IMG/VR virus record: IMGVR_UViG_3300048838_001273
Coordinates: 14,902-78,901 of that record
Reading direction: 5' to 3' (one strand)
From: a virus
Length of the DNA stretch: 64,000 nucleotides
Each line of letters begins with the position of its first letter. Within the stretch, counting starts at the first letter, position 1. This document shows positions 49,359-59,535 of the stretch, one piece after another. The position numbers and the translations under genes were made by a program. The notes below the pieces were generated by a model. The model did no database searches. It was not told where the DNA came from and saw only the letters and a program-made list of their open reading frames with translations.

Positions 49359-50591
49359 TTAGAAGGGCAAGTCATCATAACTTTCTTCTCCACCGTCAAG
49401 AACATCTTCAGCATCAAGGTTTTCATCTGCTTCTTCATCAGTTGAAGCACCAACTGCACTTGCTGTTAGGTCAACAACATCATCCTTGTATGTCCCAACC
49501 TTTGATTCTGTAATGTTACCGATTGTGATACGTGCACCATCTTCATCCAAATCCGAAGCCTGTTCGAATTCTTGTTCATCATCCGCATCAAGGTTACGTG
49601 TACGAGTGTTTGCTGCCAGTTCTAAGTCTGGACGACCCGGAAATACCCAACGCTTGTTATTTGAATCGGTGTCATCCCAATAAGGATTAGTGCCGTTTGC
49701 AACCATTTCAAGAAATTCATATGGTTCAATTCCCGGTGCTTTCTTTGGAAGGAAAACATCTCTCCAACTAATGTCATCATCAAGCCACTGTTTTACAACA
49801 ATTGGGTCTTCATGTAATTTTGACTTACCATCATACATGATAGCAGAGATTGCCTTATAAGTACGACCATTGAATTCGCTATCGACCATAAGGATGGTTA
49901 AATCAGTACCTTCTACGGTGTCTGAATAGTCAGCACCGAATTTTGAAACATACTGGTCTAAAATAGGAAGTAATTTATCAAGAGTACCTTGATTTTTGAA
50001 GTTGTGTTTAAATCTCCAGAACTTCACTCCGTCTTTTTCAACGCCTTTATCAATTCCACGAATAATGTAGAATTTTTTGGCTTCCCATTTATTGGCATCC
50101 ATGAAAATCTTCTTATTTTTCTCGAAAACAAGTTTTTGCGCTTCATTCATGTTTTCCTTCTTAACACCTTTCAATGAAGGGTCTTGGGTCGAAAGAATTT
50201 TTTTGGCTTTAGCACACAAAGGACATGGTGCAGGAATCATCACAGGATTGCCATTCTGGTCTAAAATAGGATTGCCATTGCCATCCAATTTTTTTACCTT
50301 GGGGTCATTGTGAGCAGGACAATAAATGATTGTTCCGTGCTTTGTTTTTCCACCAGCAATAGTGGTAGGAACTGCATGGAAGAATGCTTCTTCAATACGT
50401 TTTTTACCGGGTTTTGGGGGTAGAATCCTAAATGTTTCTCTGGTTTTTCGAGGAACGAAGTACTTCGCTAATAAATCTTCACGTGATTTCCTCTTTGTGG
50501 GTTGTGATTTTTTCTGATAATCAGCAAACATTTGCTTCAAATCTGACAGGTTGTTGTTTTCAACACCTGACGTGTTTTTTTCATTTTCCAT
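49359..50591 (-). CDS. Single-stranded DNA-binding protein (T4 gp32-like)
   Basis: FRILPP..FFH..C...CPLC, RG..E.GVKFWRF, G.DL.I; acidic tail ending DDLPF; adjacent to uvsX. Confidence 0.8.
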   Translation of the reverse strand: MENEKNTSGVENNNLSDLKQMFADYQKKSQPTKRKSREDLLAKYFVPRKTRETFRILPPKPGKKRIEEAFFHAVPTTIAGGKTKHGTIIYCPAHNDPKVKKLDGNGNPILDQNGNPVMIPAPCPLCAKAKKILSTQDPSLKGVKKENMNEAQKLVFEKNKKIFMDANKWEAKKFYIIRGIDKGVEKDGVKFWRFKHNFKNQGTLDKLLPILDQYVSKFGADYSDTVEGTDLTILMVDSEFNGRTYKAISAIMYDGKSKLHEDPIVVKQWLDDDISWRDVFLPKKAPGIEPYEFLEMVANGTNPYWDDTDSNNKRWVFPGRPDLELAANTRTRNLDADDEQEFEQASDLDEDGARITIGNITESKVGTYKDDVVDLTASAVGASTDEEADENLDAEDVLDGGEESYDDLPF

Positions 50592-50643
50592 TTCAATAAA
50601 ATTTACAATAATTGTTATTTTTCAATTTGTTAAAATTGCAGTA

Positions 50644-50674
50644 CAAATATATCTTGCATTTTGTATAAATACAA
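50644..50674 (-). promoter_or_regulatory. Bacteroidota-type sigma-A promoter overlapping a late motif
   Basis: TTG-N20-TATATTTG with GTATTTATA inside the spacer. Confidence 0.7.
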
Positions 50675-50710
50675 GGATTTTTAAAAATAAACTTGGGTTT
50701 TTATAAAATT

Positions 50711-52147
50711 TTATGGTTTTATTTTACCATCGGATACCACAGTAAAAGAAAGTGTTTGCTTGTTTTCATAGTAACTACCATTCCTCATTTTGATTTGTAA
50801 AAAATAATCTTGAGGTACTAACCAAGAAGTATCAAGATTAAACTCATAACCGCTATTTGTTCTATTAACAGCAGTAAAGGGAATCACATCAATCTCATAT
50901 TTCTTCCCCAAGGTAGTATATAATCTATACTCAATGTCCAAAGGTATGAAATTATTCTGATTTGCATACAATTCCTTTATAGTTAATTTAATTTTCTTTA
51001 CTACACCGGGTCTAACGTTTTCTTTTTCACCAATTCCCCAGAAATAAAAGAAATAATTATCAAAATTAATTGTATTTGATTGATTGAACGTGAAATACTT
51101 GTCTGGTGAAATTAAATAAAATTCTCCAGAGTAAGTTGTTTCTTTACCATTAATGGTTATATGCCATTCATCTTTAAATAAAACGGCATCTGGATATGTG
51201 TCAGAATCAATGTTTAAAGTGATTTTATAAATTCCTTTACTCACGTGTGTAACAGAATCCGCACTCAGAGTAAGTATTAGGTTATCTTCGTAATCAAAAA
51301 TGTTAACTTCATTCACCTCAATGTTTTGCTGGAAATTGCCGATATTAACATATAAATAAAGGTCATTATCTTTATCAAGATAAAAATAATTCCTGTCATC
51401 GGCTATAGTATCGTCAATAATGGTTTCGATATATGGTTCATACCAAGTGTTGGTATTCTTTGCATGAAAAGCAACTGCTTGTCTGAATTCAGTCTCAATT
51501 TCCTCATAGATTTCAGCAAACTTAATTCCCAATCCAAACGATGCACCAGTAAATGCAGATGTTCCTGTATATCCAGTACCAAATAATCTCTGGTTCACAT
51601 AATCAGTAATATCAATTTCAATATCCTCATTTCCTTTATTAAAACTCTGCGATGCAATTATTTGAGTTTCTCCGGTTAAATATGCGCCCTCATTTGTCCA
51701 TTCGGTATTTGTTTTTCTATAAACCCAATTCGATGCCTGATTATACACTACGGGGTCTAAAGTGTCAACATAAGGATATTGAGTGTCGTTATAAATGAAA
51801 TTATATCCACTGCCTTCATCCCAATCTTCATCAACATTAAAAACATCTAATTCAAAACTACTTGCTCTATCAATTGTTAGAGAATAAGATTTCTTACCAA
51901 GATATTGTGGAGCATAGCTAATAGTGTTGGTCATATGTAATACGTGCTTAACAATTCTTTCGGGATTGATAAGTCCTTCAGCAATTTTTGCCTGTAAATT
52001 GGATAAATCTACATCAAATATAAACCTACTCGGTTGTTTGTCGAAAGTACCATAAGATATTTCGGTAACCGGGTTTTGAGAATTGTTACTCAGATTGTTT
52101 CCAATCAATGTATTGTTCTTTAAAAAATATGACCTGAAAACTGACAT
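50711..52147 (-). CDS. Putative virion structural protein
   Basis: 478 aa, beta-rich (SRFIF.., WDEG.G, IDITDYV); late motif upstream. Confidence 0.55.
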   Translation of the reverse strand: MSVFRSYFLKNNTLIGNNLSNNSQNPVTEISYGTFDKQPSRFIFDVDLSNLQAKIAEGLINPERIVKHVLHMTNTISYAPQYLGKKSYSLTIDRASSFELDVFNVDEDWDEGSGYNFIYNDTQYPYVDTLDPVVYNQASNWVYRKTNTEWTNEGAYLTGETQIIASQSFNKGNEDIEIDITDYVNQRLFGTGYTGTSAFTGASFGLGIKFAEIYEEIETEFRQAVAFHAKNTNTWYEPYIETIIDDTIADDRNYFYLDKDNDLYLYVNIGNFQQNIEVNEVNIFDYEDNLILTLSADSVTHVSKGIYKITLNIDSDTYPDAVLFKDEWHITINGKETTYSGEFYLISPDKYFTFNQSNTINFDNYFFYFWGIGEKENVRPGVVKKIKLTIKELYANQNNFIPLDIEYRLYTTLGKKYEIDVIPFTAVNRTNSGYEFNLDTSWLVPQDYFLQIKMRNGSYYENKQTLSFTVVSDGKIKP

Positions 52148-52177
52148 TATGTATTTTCTTATAAATACCTCACAAAC

Positions 52178-52204
52178 AAAAAAGACTACAAGAAGTAGTC
52201 TTTA
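52178..52204 (-). terminator. Intrinsic terminator
   Basis: AAAAGACTAC-TTCTT-GTAGTCTTTTTT. Confidence 0.65.
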
Positions 52205-52228
52205 TTGCTGAAATATTTCCAATTATTT

Positions 52229-55135
52229 TTAATGTTTGATGTTGTGTTTAATTAAAAGCTGAACTGCTTCCTTTTTTGACATCCCTTCAGTAAGTCCTCT
52301 TTTATTTAAAGCCTGTCTTGCAGTTTTAATTTGCTGTTCAGTGATAACGGGTTTTGCTTCTTTAGATTCCCTAAATGCTTTTAAACCACTTACTGCTTCT
52401 TCCCTACTATTAACAAAATGTAATTCACGGTTTGCACTATCTCTCATCTCCCAATTATTCAAACCTTCTTTAGTTTCAATACCCTGTCCATCAGGAAATG
52501 CAAACAAATGTGTCATACCATATACAGTTTTTTCAACTGTTGAGTATTTTTCAGCACCGGATTCAGCTTCATTCATGTCTTCAACACCTTTAAATTGTTG
52601 CCACAATCCAAAATATTCTTCTTTTTCATCATCTCTCAATGAATCAAAATCTTTTTCCGAATATTCTTTATACTTATTTAAATTATCTTTATCTGTATAT
52701 TCTCTTTCTGCTGCTGCAAAATCATAATCTTCATCAACATCACCAACATTCTTTGGTTTAAAGCCAAGTAATTCATCAGTCATGTCTTTATCTGAGTTTG
52801 AAAAATGTGTTCCCATTAATGCCCAATTAGGGTCAATTGAAGGTATTGGATGTCCATTTCTATCCATTTCCCCCGGCATACCGTCTTGAGTATATGCACC
52901 ACTTTCATGTGGAACATCTTCTTCAGCTTCCTGACTTGCATTTGCTTGTGCACTGGCTTCCGGGTCATCCTTAACTGTATAATACTCAGGGTCTTCACTT
53001 AAATGGTCTAATGCGATTTCCAATGCAACCATTGGGTCATCAGTGTGTTCCATTTCAACCTTCATTCCTAATTTAATTTGTTCTGGTGCAAATTCAAGCG
53101 GAGACTTGTCGTCACCCAATCCACCTTCAATTTGGTCGCCAGTTTCCTCACGTTTTGTTGCGAGTTGTTCAATTTCATCAGTTTCTGGTTCAAGTTCCAT
53201 ACCTTCTTCATCGGGTTTTTCATCAGAAAAATCAGCACCACCGTCTTCATTCATTACTGGTTCGTTCATTTTCGATAAATCGTATTGTAAACCAATGTAA
53301 TCAAGACTTGGATTCCAAGACATTATATAGCCATCCTTTTCATAGGTTTTATCTGAACTTCCATGTCCTAATGATTGCGAACCCTCATGTTCACCGGGAT
53401 AATGCCATTGTTTTAAGTATTCCAATGCAGCATCGACACCTTCTCTATCGAGTCTTTCAAGTGCATCATATGCTTCATCGCCCTGTAAGAAAACCACGTT
53501 TTCATATTTATCACGGTCTGTTGATTCTCCCAAGTCTTCACTAAGTTTTACAACATCCTGAGTTTTTTTCTTTTTCTTTGGCATTTGATTCTTTGGTTTG
53601 AATTTCTTTCCAATTGGGTCGGGATATTCACCCTTTTCCGCTTCTTCATTAATGCCAGAACCCATATTACCAACAGCACTACCTCTAACATATAACTCAA
53701 TTGCTTTCTTTTTAACCAACTGAATATATTCTTCTCTTGGCATCTGGAATTTCTTAATTCCGAGTTCCATATCAAGAATTTCGTCTGCTGTTCTTATAAT
53801 TGTTGCCTTCACTTCTGGAGTAAGTGTATTTTCATAACTCTGTGCCATTACATCATCACCACCCATATCAGTAACAACATGTTTATTTTCCCAAAATGCT
53901 TCTGCACCTTTAGGTATTGTTCTGGTTTTTGGTGCTGGTTGCTTTCCCTGTATTTTATCAACTTCTGCCATTATTTGATGCATTGTAGGAGCACTATTGC
54001 CAGTAGCAATAAGATTATCATATGCTTGATTAATAATGGCTGCTTTCTCAGGACTTACTTCTTCGGCAGGTTCATCGCCACCCATATAGTCTTGAATTTC
54101 CTGTTCCCAAGGGTCAATTCCCTTCGTACCGTCATCATCACTTTTCTTTTTAAATGCTTTCTCAGCATCCTCAACACCATACTCAGGTGGAAGTTCCGTT
54201 GGGTCTTCCATTTGACTATCCTGTGTGTAATCATCCTCATATTCTTCAGTTTCCTGAAGACCTAATTTCTTCTTAAATAATTGTACTACTTTTGATGCAC
54301 TACCATAATTCTTCTTGAGTTTAGCTGCACTTGTTTTTCCATTGAATTCAAACATTATTTCGTATTTGTCTCCAACATCGACAATATTTTTAATAGTAAC
54401 ACCTACTCTTTTTAATGCATCGGTTAATATATATTGGTTAGTAACACCCATGCTCTTTGCTTGTGGGTATAAATGACTTGCACCTGCACTACCGGGAGTA
54501 TGAAGTATTGAATTAATATCTTCGCTCACGAACTTATTGAGTTCATCAGCATCAACTCTTACTTTAGAATTTGTAGGCTTTTGGTCGGCATATGCTTTAT
54601 GAGTTTGCATTGCTTCACTACCCTTTTTATATGGTACTTTATCAATTAACTTAATTGCATCTTCATAGAGACTGTCTTCTGCTTCCGGTTGTTCTTCACC
54701 AACATCAATATAGTTCTCGATAACATCGAATAATTCACTACCATGACGTGCATTAAATTGTTTTAATGCTGTTTCATCCATATCAACAGTACTTTCATCA
54801 CCAGCATCATCAAAGCTAAAATTAATTAACGATACTTCGTCAACATTGAAAACACCTTCTTGGTCGCCCTGACTTGAAGTAGTTTTGAAAACAAAAGTAA
54901 AACTGTTATTTCTACTATCAGTACAAACTAATTCAACGAATGTTTCTTCACCAGTAACCTGTGTATTGCTGTGTTTTACTTCAAGTGTATTATTTTTTAG
55001 TCCACTAAAGGCAGCTTCAAGAGTAGAATTTCCATCTAAAGTCTGTCCATAGTTCTCATTTAATTTGACTTTATTGACTTTTTCAACCATTTCGAAAAGT
55101 CTGTCTTTACTGCCCTTATCTTTAAAAATTTTCAT
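52229..55135 (-). CDS. Large acidic putative internal head protein with DUF5661-like domain
   Basis: QIKLGMKVEMEHTDD..ALEIALDHLSEDPEYYT motif; many (L/I/M)xE sites. Confidence 0.6.
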   Translation of the reverse strand: MKIFKDKGSKDRLFEMVEKVNKVKLNENYGQTLDGNSTLEAAFSGLKNNTLEVKHSNTQVTGEETFVELVCTDSRNNSFTFVFKTTSSQGDQEGVFNVDEVSLINFSFDDAGDESTVDMDETALKQFNARHGSELFDVIENYIDVGEEQPEAEDSLYEDAIKLIDKVPYKKGSEAMQTHKAYADQKPTNSKVRVDADELNKFVSEDINSILHTPGSAGASHLYPQAKSMGVTNQYILTDALKRVGVTIKNIVDVGDKYEIMFEFNGKTSAAKLKKNYGSASKVVQLFKKKLGLQETEEYEDDYTQDSQMEDPTELPPEYGVEDAEKAFKKKSDDDGTKGIDPWEQEIQDYMGGDEPAEEVSPEKAAIINQAYDNLIATGNSAPTMHQIMAEVDKIQGKQPAPKTRTIPKGAEAFWENKHVVTDMGGDDVMAQSYENTLTPEVKATIIRTADEILDMELGIKKFQMPREEYIQLVKKKAIELYVRGSAVGNMGSGINEEAEKGEYPDPIGKKFKPKNQMPKKKKKTQDVVKLSEDLGESTDRDKYENVVFLQGDEAYDALERLDREGVDAALEYLKQWHYPGEHEGSQSLGHGSSDKTYEKDGYIMSWNPSLDYIGLQYDLSKMNEPVMNEDGGADFSDEKPDEEGMELEPETDEIEQLATKREETGDQIEGGLGDDKSPLEFAPEQIKLGMKVEMEHTDDPMVALEIALDHLSEDPEYYTVKDDPEASAQANASQEAEEDVPHESGAYTQDGMPGEMDRNGHPIPSIDPNWALMGTHFSNSDKDMTDELLGFKPKNVGDVDEDYDFAAAEREYTDKDNLNKYKEYSEKDFDSLRDDEKEEYFGLWQQFKGVEDMNEAESGAEKYSTVEKTVYGMTHLFAFPDGQGIETKEGLNNWEMRDSANRELHFVNSREEAVSGLKAFRESKEAKPVITEQQIKTARQALNKRGLTEGMSKKEAVQLLIKHNIKH

Positions 55136-55147
55136 TTTATATTAATA

Positions 55148-55594
55148 TTATTCAAAAATTATTGGGTTATTTTTCGCAAATTCTCTCATAAACACACCAG
55201 CAAGTGCATTGGCTTCATTTTCAATGTCGCTACCTGTATTATTTGAATCATTTTGTAATTTTCCACTTTTATTTTGTTTGTGATGTATTATTTCATGTGC
55301 AATTGTTCTCAAAACGTCAGCAAGATTTCTATTTGCTGCTACAACAAGTAGTTCATTGGTATCTGGAGTATATTTCCCAAATGATTTCATGGTTTGAGCC
55401 ACGCTACTATCATAAGATATTTTTACTTCCGGTAAATCACCACTTAAACTAAGTTGTTCATCAATATATTTAAGGAAATCATTAATAATCACCAACTTTT
55501 CTTCTTTTGAAAGAATTTCTTCATTGAGACGATTAACTCTTCCCATCATTTCAAAGAGTCGTGCTTTTGAACCATATGGATGAAAAACCTTCAT
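55148..55594 (-). CDS. Zincin-like metallopeptidase
   Basis: LRTIAHEIIHHKQ (HExxH) plus downstream ENEANA. Confidence 0.7.
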   Translation of the reverse strand: MKVFHPYGSKARLFEMMGRVNRLNEEILSKEEKLVIINDFLKYIDEQLSLSGDLPEVKISYDSSVAQTMKSFGKYTPDTNELLVVAANRNLADVLRTIAHEIIHHKQNKSGKLQNDSNNTGSDIENEANALAGVFMREFAKNNPIIFE

Positions 55595-56320
55595 CTACAC
55601 AATTTCATTAAAACTATTCTGTATGTCTATTTTTGAGGGATGTGGTAAATCATCAAAATCTGCAACATATGTTCCGTCAGGCAATTTTTTTATTCCCTTA
55701 TCACCACTTTCCTTACGTTTTTCGTTGAACCAGTTATCTGACCACAAATCATTTAAATTAAAATAATAAGGATAGCTAACCTGTCCTTTATTCATAAGTT
55801 TTTCGGTATTTGTGGGTTCTCTGACTTCTTCAACATCAGCATTTAATTCTGCCATTTTGCTGTTCAATCCCTGAACACTATTATTAAGCATTTCCAATTG
55901 AGAATGAATACTTTTCATTGCTTCAATATTATGTTTAATAATGTCGTTTTGTATATCATCAACCTGTGGTTCAGGTTCTGCTTCCATAGGGTCTACAGGT
56001 GGCATACCAGCTTCAGCACCCATAGGGTCTGCTGGTGGCATTCCTTGTTCTTCACCACCTTTATCAAATGCAGGTTCTGGTGGCATTCCGGTTTCCAGAG
56101 GTTCGTCATTAGACGGTGCTGGTGGTACTTGTCCACCACCCGGTTTTTCTGCATCCTCTTGGTCACCCGCTTCGTTAGTTATAACAGGCATTTCATCAAA
56201 TTCCTCACCATCATTTACTAATGGACGGTATTTTGGTGATTCACTTATACGATAACCAGTACGATACTTAATCTTCCTAAGATGTTCCTCAGAAAGAATG
56301 CTTTTATTTTCACTTTTCAT
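55595..56320 (-). CDS. Acidic Pro-rich coiled-coil protein (possible head scaffold/core)
   Basis: GMPP repeats, heptad region, LSEE/ISE/TNE motifs. Confidence 0.55.
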   Translation of the reverse strand: MKSENKSILSEEHLRKIKYRTGYRISESPKYRPLVNDGEEFDEMPVITNEAGDQEDAEKPGGGQVPPAPSNDEPLETGMPPEPAFDKGGEEQGMPPADPMGAEAGMPPVDPMEAEPEPQVDDIQNDIIKHNIEAMKSIHSQLEMLNNSVQGLNSKMAELNADVEEVREPTNTEKLMNKGQVSYPYYFNLNDLWSDNWFNEKRKESGDKGIKKLPDGTYVADFDDLPHPSKIDIQNSFNEIV

Positions 56321-56332
56321 TGAATGAATGTA

Positions 56333-56515
56333 TTAGTATCTTTCTCTTAATAATTGTTTACCGTCCTTGGTTACAAAAACCTTATCAACACGCTCAATAA
56401 GTCCTTCTCTCTCATCGAGAACTACTTTTTTAGCAGCATCAATTTTTGATTTTTCTTCCTGAACTTCAGGTTCTTCAACAAAATCACTAAGTGCTTTTTC
56501 TAATTTGTCTTTCAT
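56333..56515 (-). CDS. Small hypothetical protein
   Basis: 60 aa with the late motif upstream; ends DGKQLLRE. Confidence 0.6.
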   Translation of the reverse strand: MKDKLEKALSDFVEEPEVQEEKSKIDAAKKVVLDEREGLIERVDKVFVTKDGKQLLRERY

Positions 56516-56553
56516 AGTACTTATAATTATTTAATATAAATACTATGTTACAC

Positions 56554-57189
56554 TCATTTTGTCAGAATGACAACCATATATCTTTTAAGATACTGGAAAT
56601 TTGGAAAGATTTTATATTGATTAACATACATTAGACCGTCCATGTCATTGGAATAAACTGCAGCACGTGTCGAAACATATTCGTTTATTTCTGAAATTTT
56701 AAACTTAAAAAAATCGTACATTTTTAAGTTAACACCCCATATTTTATTGTCTTTTAGTACATATAACATCTCATTTTTGAAGTTATAAACAGCATCAATC
56801 TCTTTTGGTAAAACCGCCATCAGGTCTTCAATTTCTACAACTTGAAAAAATACCGGGTCTAAATTTACATATTGATACTTTGGTGCGAAATAAAATTGTG
56901 GTGCTATATTTACAAAACTCTCTATGCCTTTAACATGAGATGCTTTGCTTTCATCAAAGCTGAATTCCCAATATAATTCATTTGTAATGATTTTCTTTTT
57001 AAGAATATCAGCATTTTGAATGATTTCGTTACCGGGATTACAGGCTTTCATAAACGACCAACCCACATATAATGTAGGTAGTGTTTTGTCAAGTTTTTCA
57101 TACTCAATTGGTTTATCGTAGTAGTTAACAAACTTAACATTTGTGTGATTCACCAATTCCTTTTCATAAATAATGTTAGCGATTTTCAT
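56554..57189 (-). CDS. Hypothetical protein
   Basis: 211 aa, contains LPTLYVGW; overlaps the hldD stop. Confidence 0.6.
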   Translation of the reverse strand: MKIANIIYEKELVNHTNVKFVNYYDKPIEYEKLDKTLPTLYVGWSFMKACNPGNEIIQNADILKKKIITNELYWEFSFDESKASHVKGIESFVNIAPQFYFAPKYQYVNLDPVFFQVVEIEDLMAVLPKEIDAVYNFKNEMLYVLKDNKIWGVNLKMYDFFKFKISEINEYVSTRAAVYSNDMDGLMYVNQYKIFPNFQYLKRYMVVILTK

Positions 57190-58132
57190 ATCTTAGTTTA
57201 TTTATATATTTTTCAATACCATCTTCTAACTCATGAAACTCAACATTATACCCTGTGCTTCGCAATTTACTAATTTTTGCTTCGGTAAAATACTGATAAT
57301 TATCTCTGATTTTCTTTGGGATGTCAATATATGAAATATTTTGTTTTGTACCAAGACTTTTAAAAACTGCTTTTACTAAATCGTTGAAAGTACGTGCTTT
57401 GCCAGTACCCACATTATAGATACCGGAAATCGGTTTTTCTTGCATCAGATATATGCAGATATTAACAACATCATCCACATATATAAAATCACGCATTTGT
57501 TCACCATCTTTATAGTTGGGGTTATGTGATTTAAATAATTCTACATATAAACTACCAAAAAAGCTACCATTTTCTTTTACTTCCCTCTTAACATCTTTCT
57601 CATTTGCCTTAATTTCCAGATATTTTTGATACACAACTGATGCCATTTTACCTTTATTCGCCTCACCGTGACCATAAACATTGAAAAACTTTAATCCATA
57701 CCAATGCGGTGGTTTTACTTCACTCCGCATTACAAATTCATCAAACTGCTGTTTTGACCATCCGTAAGGATTTAATGGTTTTAATCCAAATATCTTATCA
57801 TCATCAAAACCAAGTTCTCCATCACCGTAGGTTGCAGCACTACTGGCATAAATCAAAGGAATTCCATATGTTACACATAAGTTCCAGATAAAAATGGATG
57901 ACATTACATTATATGTATCAAATAAATCGATATTCATTTCGGTTGTATCGGTAATCGCACCCAAATGAAAAATACAATCAATATTTTCGACATTTTCCAT
58001 TAACCACTTATGAATTGTGTCGAGATTTTCAGTTTTCGTATCGACAACCAAAACACCAACATATCCCCGTCTTTCCAATTCTTTGACGAGATTTCTACCA
58101 ATAAAACCAAAACCACCAGTTACTACTATCAT
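57176..58132 (-). CDS. hldD: ADP-L-glycero-D-manno-heptose 6-epimerase
   Basis: VTGGFGFIG, FHLGAITDTT, YASSAATYG, PLNPYGWSK, FFNVYG..E.NKGKMASV, QMRDFIYVDD, YQYFTEA. Confidence 0.9.
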   Translation of the reverse strand: MIVVTGGFGFIGRNLVKELERRGYVGVLVVDTKTENLDTIHKWLMENVENIDCIFHLGAITDTTEMNIDLFDTYNVMSSIFIWNLCVTYGIPLIYASSAATYGDGELGFDDDKIFGLKPLNPYGWSKQQFDEFVMRSEVKPPHWYGLKFFNVYGHGEANKGKMASVVYQKYLEIKANEKDVKREVKENGSFFGSLYVELFKSHNPNYKDGEQMRDFIYVDDVVNICIYLMQEKPISGIYNVGTGKARTFNDLVKAVFKSLGTKQNISYIDIPKKIRDNYQYFTEAKISKLRSTGYNVEFHELEDGIEKYINKLRYENR

Positions 58133-58560
58133 AAATTTTTAATTTTTTCAATAATACTTGTACTTGACCTTTCATCTGTTGGATAATAAATAACCCCGGA
58201 CTTTGCACATTCAGCACCAATTACCAGCTTATCTTTATATTGGTCACCAATTACCATATAATCAATATTAAATATCTTGATGAAATATCGTAATTCATCA
58301 TCATCATGAAAAATCACAACACTATCAACCATTTTGAGATTTGACATTATCTTGACTCTGGTATCTATATCATTTATCGGTCTCTTATCTCCCTTTAAGA
58401 ACTTAACTCTTTCATCAGCATCAAGACCAACATATAATGTATTTACACGCATGGCTTCTTGATATCCTAATCCTTCGATACCATAAAGTTTTGCATACCA
58501 TAGCAAATCTATGTGCCCACTGTGAATTATATCAAAACAACCGTTTACCCAGATATTCAT
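58129..58560 (-). CDS. Heptose-1-phosphate adenylyltransferase (RfaE/HldE domain II, HldC-like)
   Basis: NGCFDIIHSGH, VGLD.D..V..LKG..RPIN, SSTSII. Confidence 0.85.
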   Translation of the reverse strand: MNIWVNGCFDIIHSGHIDLLWYAKLYGIEGLGYQEAMRVNTLYVGLDADERVKFLKGDKRPINDIDTRVKIMSNLKMVDSVVIFHDDDELRYFIKIFNIDYMVIGDQYKDKLVIGAECAKSGVIYYPTDERSSTSIIEKIKNL

Positions 58561-58562
58561 AA

Positions 58563-58868
58563 TTAAATATTAATTGTTTCAAACAGTTCCTCAATTCGTA
58601 AGGACTTATCATCAATAAGATAATCCCAACTTGGTTTTTGTCTCATAATAACATCGTGAAATTTACAACCCCACGCAACCAATTGTTGTCCAGTAAGTTC
58701 TGTCCAATCCTTACCACTTTCCTGTCCTCTTGCTGTCCAATATATAATTATATGTCCATCATCATACAATCTATTAATTTTTGCAATATTTTCGGGAATT
58801 GGTTTGGCGTTATCGTAACCACCCTCTGTATGACAAATTGTGCCGTCTATATCAACGTAAATCAGCAT
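58563..58868 (-). CDS. Small HAD-superfamily phosphatase
   Basis: VDIDGTIC, WTARG, KP..D..IDDK. Confidence 0.75.
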   Translation of the reverse strand: MLIYVDIDGTICHTEGGYDNAKPIPENIAKINRLYDDGHIIIYWTARGQESGKDWTELTGQQLVAWGCKFHDVIMRQKPSWDYLIDDKSLRIEELFETINI

Positions 58869-59161
58869 TAATTTAAAGTATTTTTAGCAATCATAATTAT
58901 TCTATCACCATTTTTCAAGCCAGAACCGTCTTCTTCATATTTCACAACTCTCATCATATCACCATCGTTAAAAATCACAACGTTTTTGGCATCTGGATTA
59001 ATTTTCAACGCATCCCCACGCAATTCAACAAAAATTCCATGACCATCCGGTAACATTTCGCTTAATGCTCTTCCAAAAGCCATTACAAGAAAAAGATAAT
59101 CTTCAGGTTTATCTTTGTAATCATCATTATTTGGCTTTGTGTAATTCTTTCCTAAATTCAT
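58868..59161 (-). CDS. Hypothetical protein
   Basis: 97 aa ORF overlapping both neighbours. Confidence 0.55.
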   Translation of the reverse strand: MNLGKNYTKPNNDDYKDKPEDYLFLVMAFGRALSEMLPDGHGIFVELRGDALKINPDAKNVVIFNDGDMMRVVKYEEDGSGLKNGDRIIMIAKNTLN

Positions 59162-59535
59162 TTCTGACTATCTCCTTTCTCAATTCTATAACTATCATCG
59201 TCAAAATGTGGTGTACTAACCTCAAATATCTCACTTTCCTCAAACGCATATAGTTTATGTGGAGTATTGGGTTCAATATGTATGATATCTCCTTCAGTAA
59301 TATTTATTTTCTGTCTGGCAGCAATTCTTGTATCAATTGTAATTAATTCAAGTCTACCTTTGTTCACATACCAAGTCTCGGTTTTTTTGCTATGAAAATG
59401 CATACTAAACATTCCACCTTCCCTAAAACGCAAAAGTTTTCCACAATAATCACTACCATTGTGAATAATTACTTCTTCTCCCCACGCTTTAGGTACACGT
59501 ATTGTTTTGTTACTACTATGTATTACTTGTATCAC
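59158..59535 (-). CDS. Cupin (sugar-phosphate isomerase-like)
   Basis: PKAWGEE..YCGKLL..SMHFH..KTETWYV..G..PH..EVST. Confidence 0.75.
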   Translation of the reverse strand: MIQVIHSSNKTIRVPKAWGEEVIIHNGSDYCGKLLRFREGGMFSMHFHSKKTETWYVNKGRLELITIDTRIAARQKINITEGDIIHIEPNTPHKLYAFEESEIFEVSTPHFDDDSYRIEKGDSQK

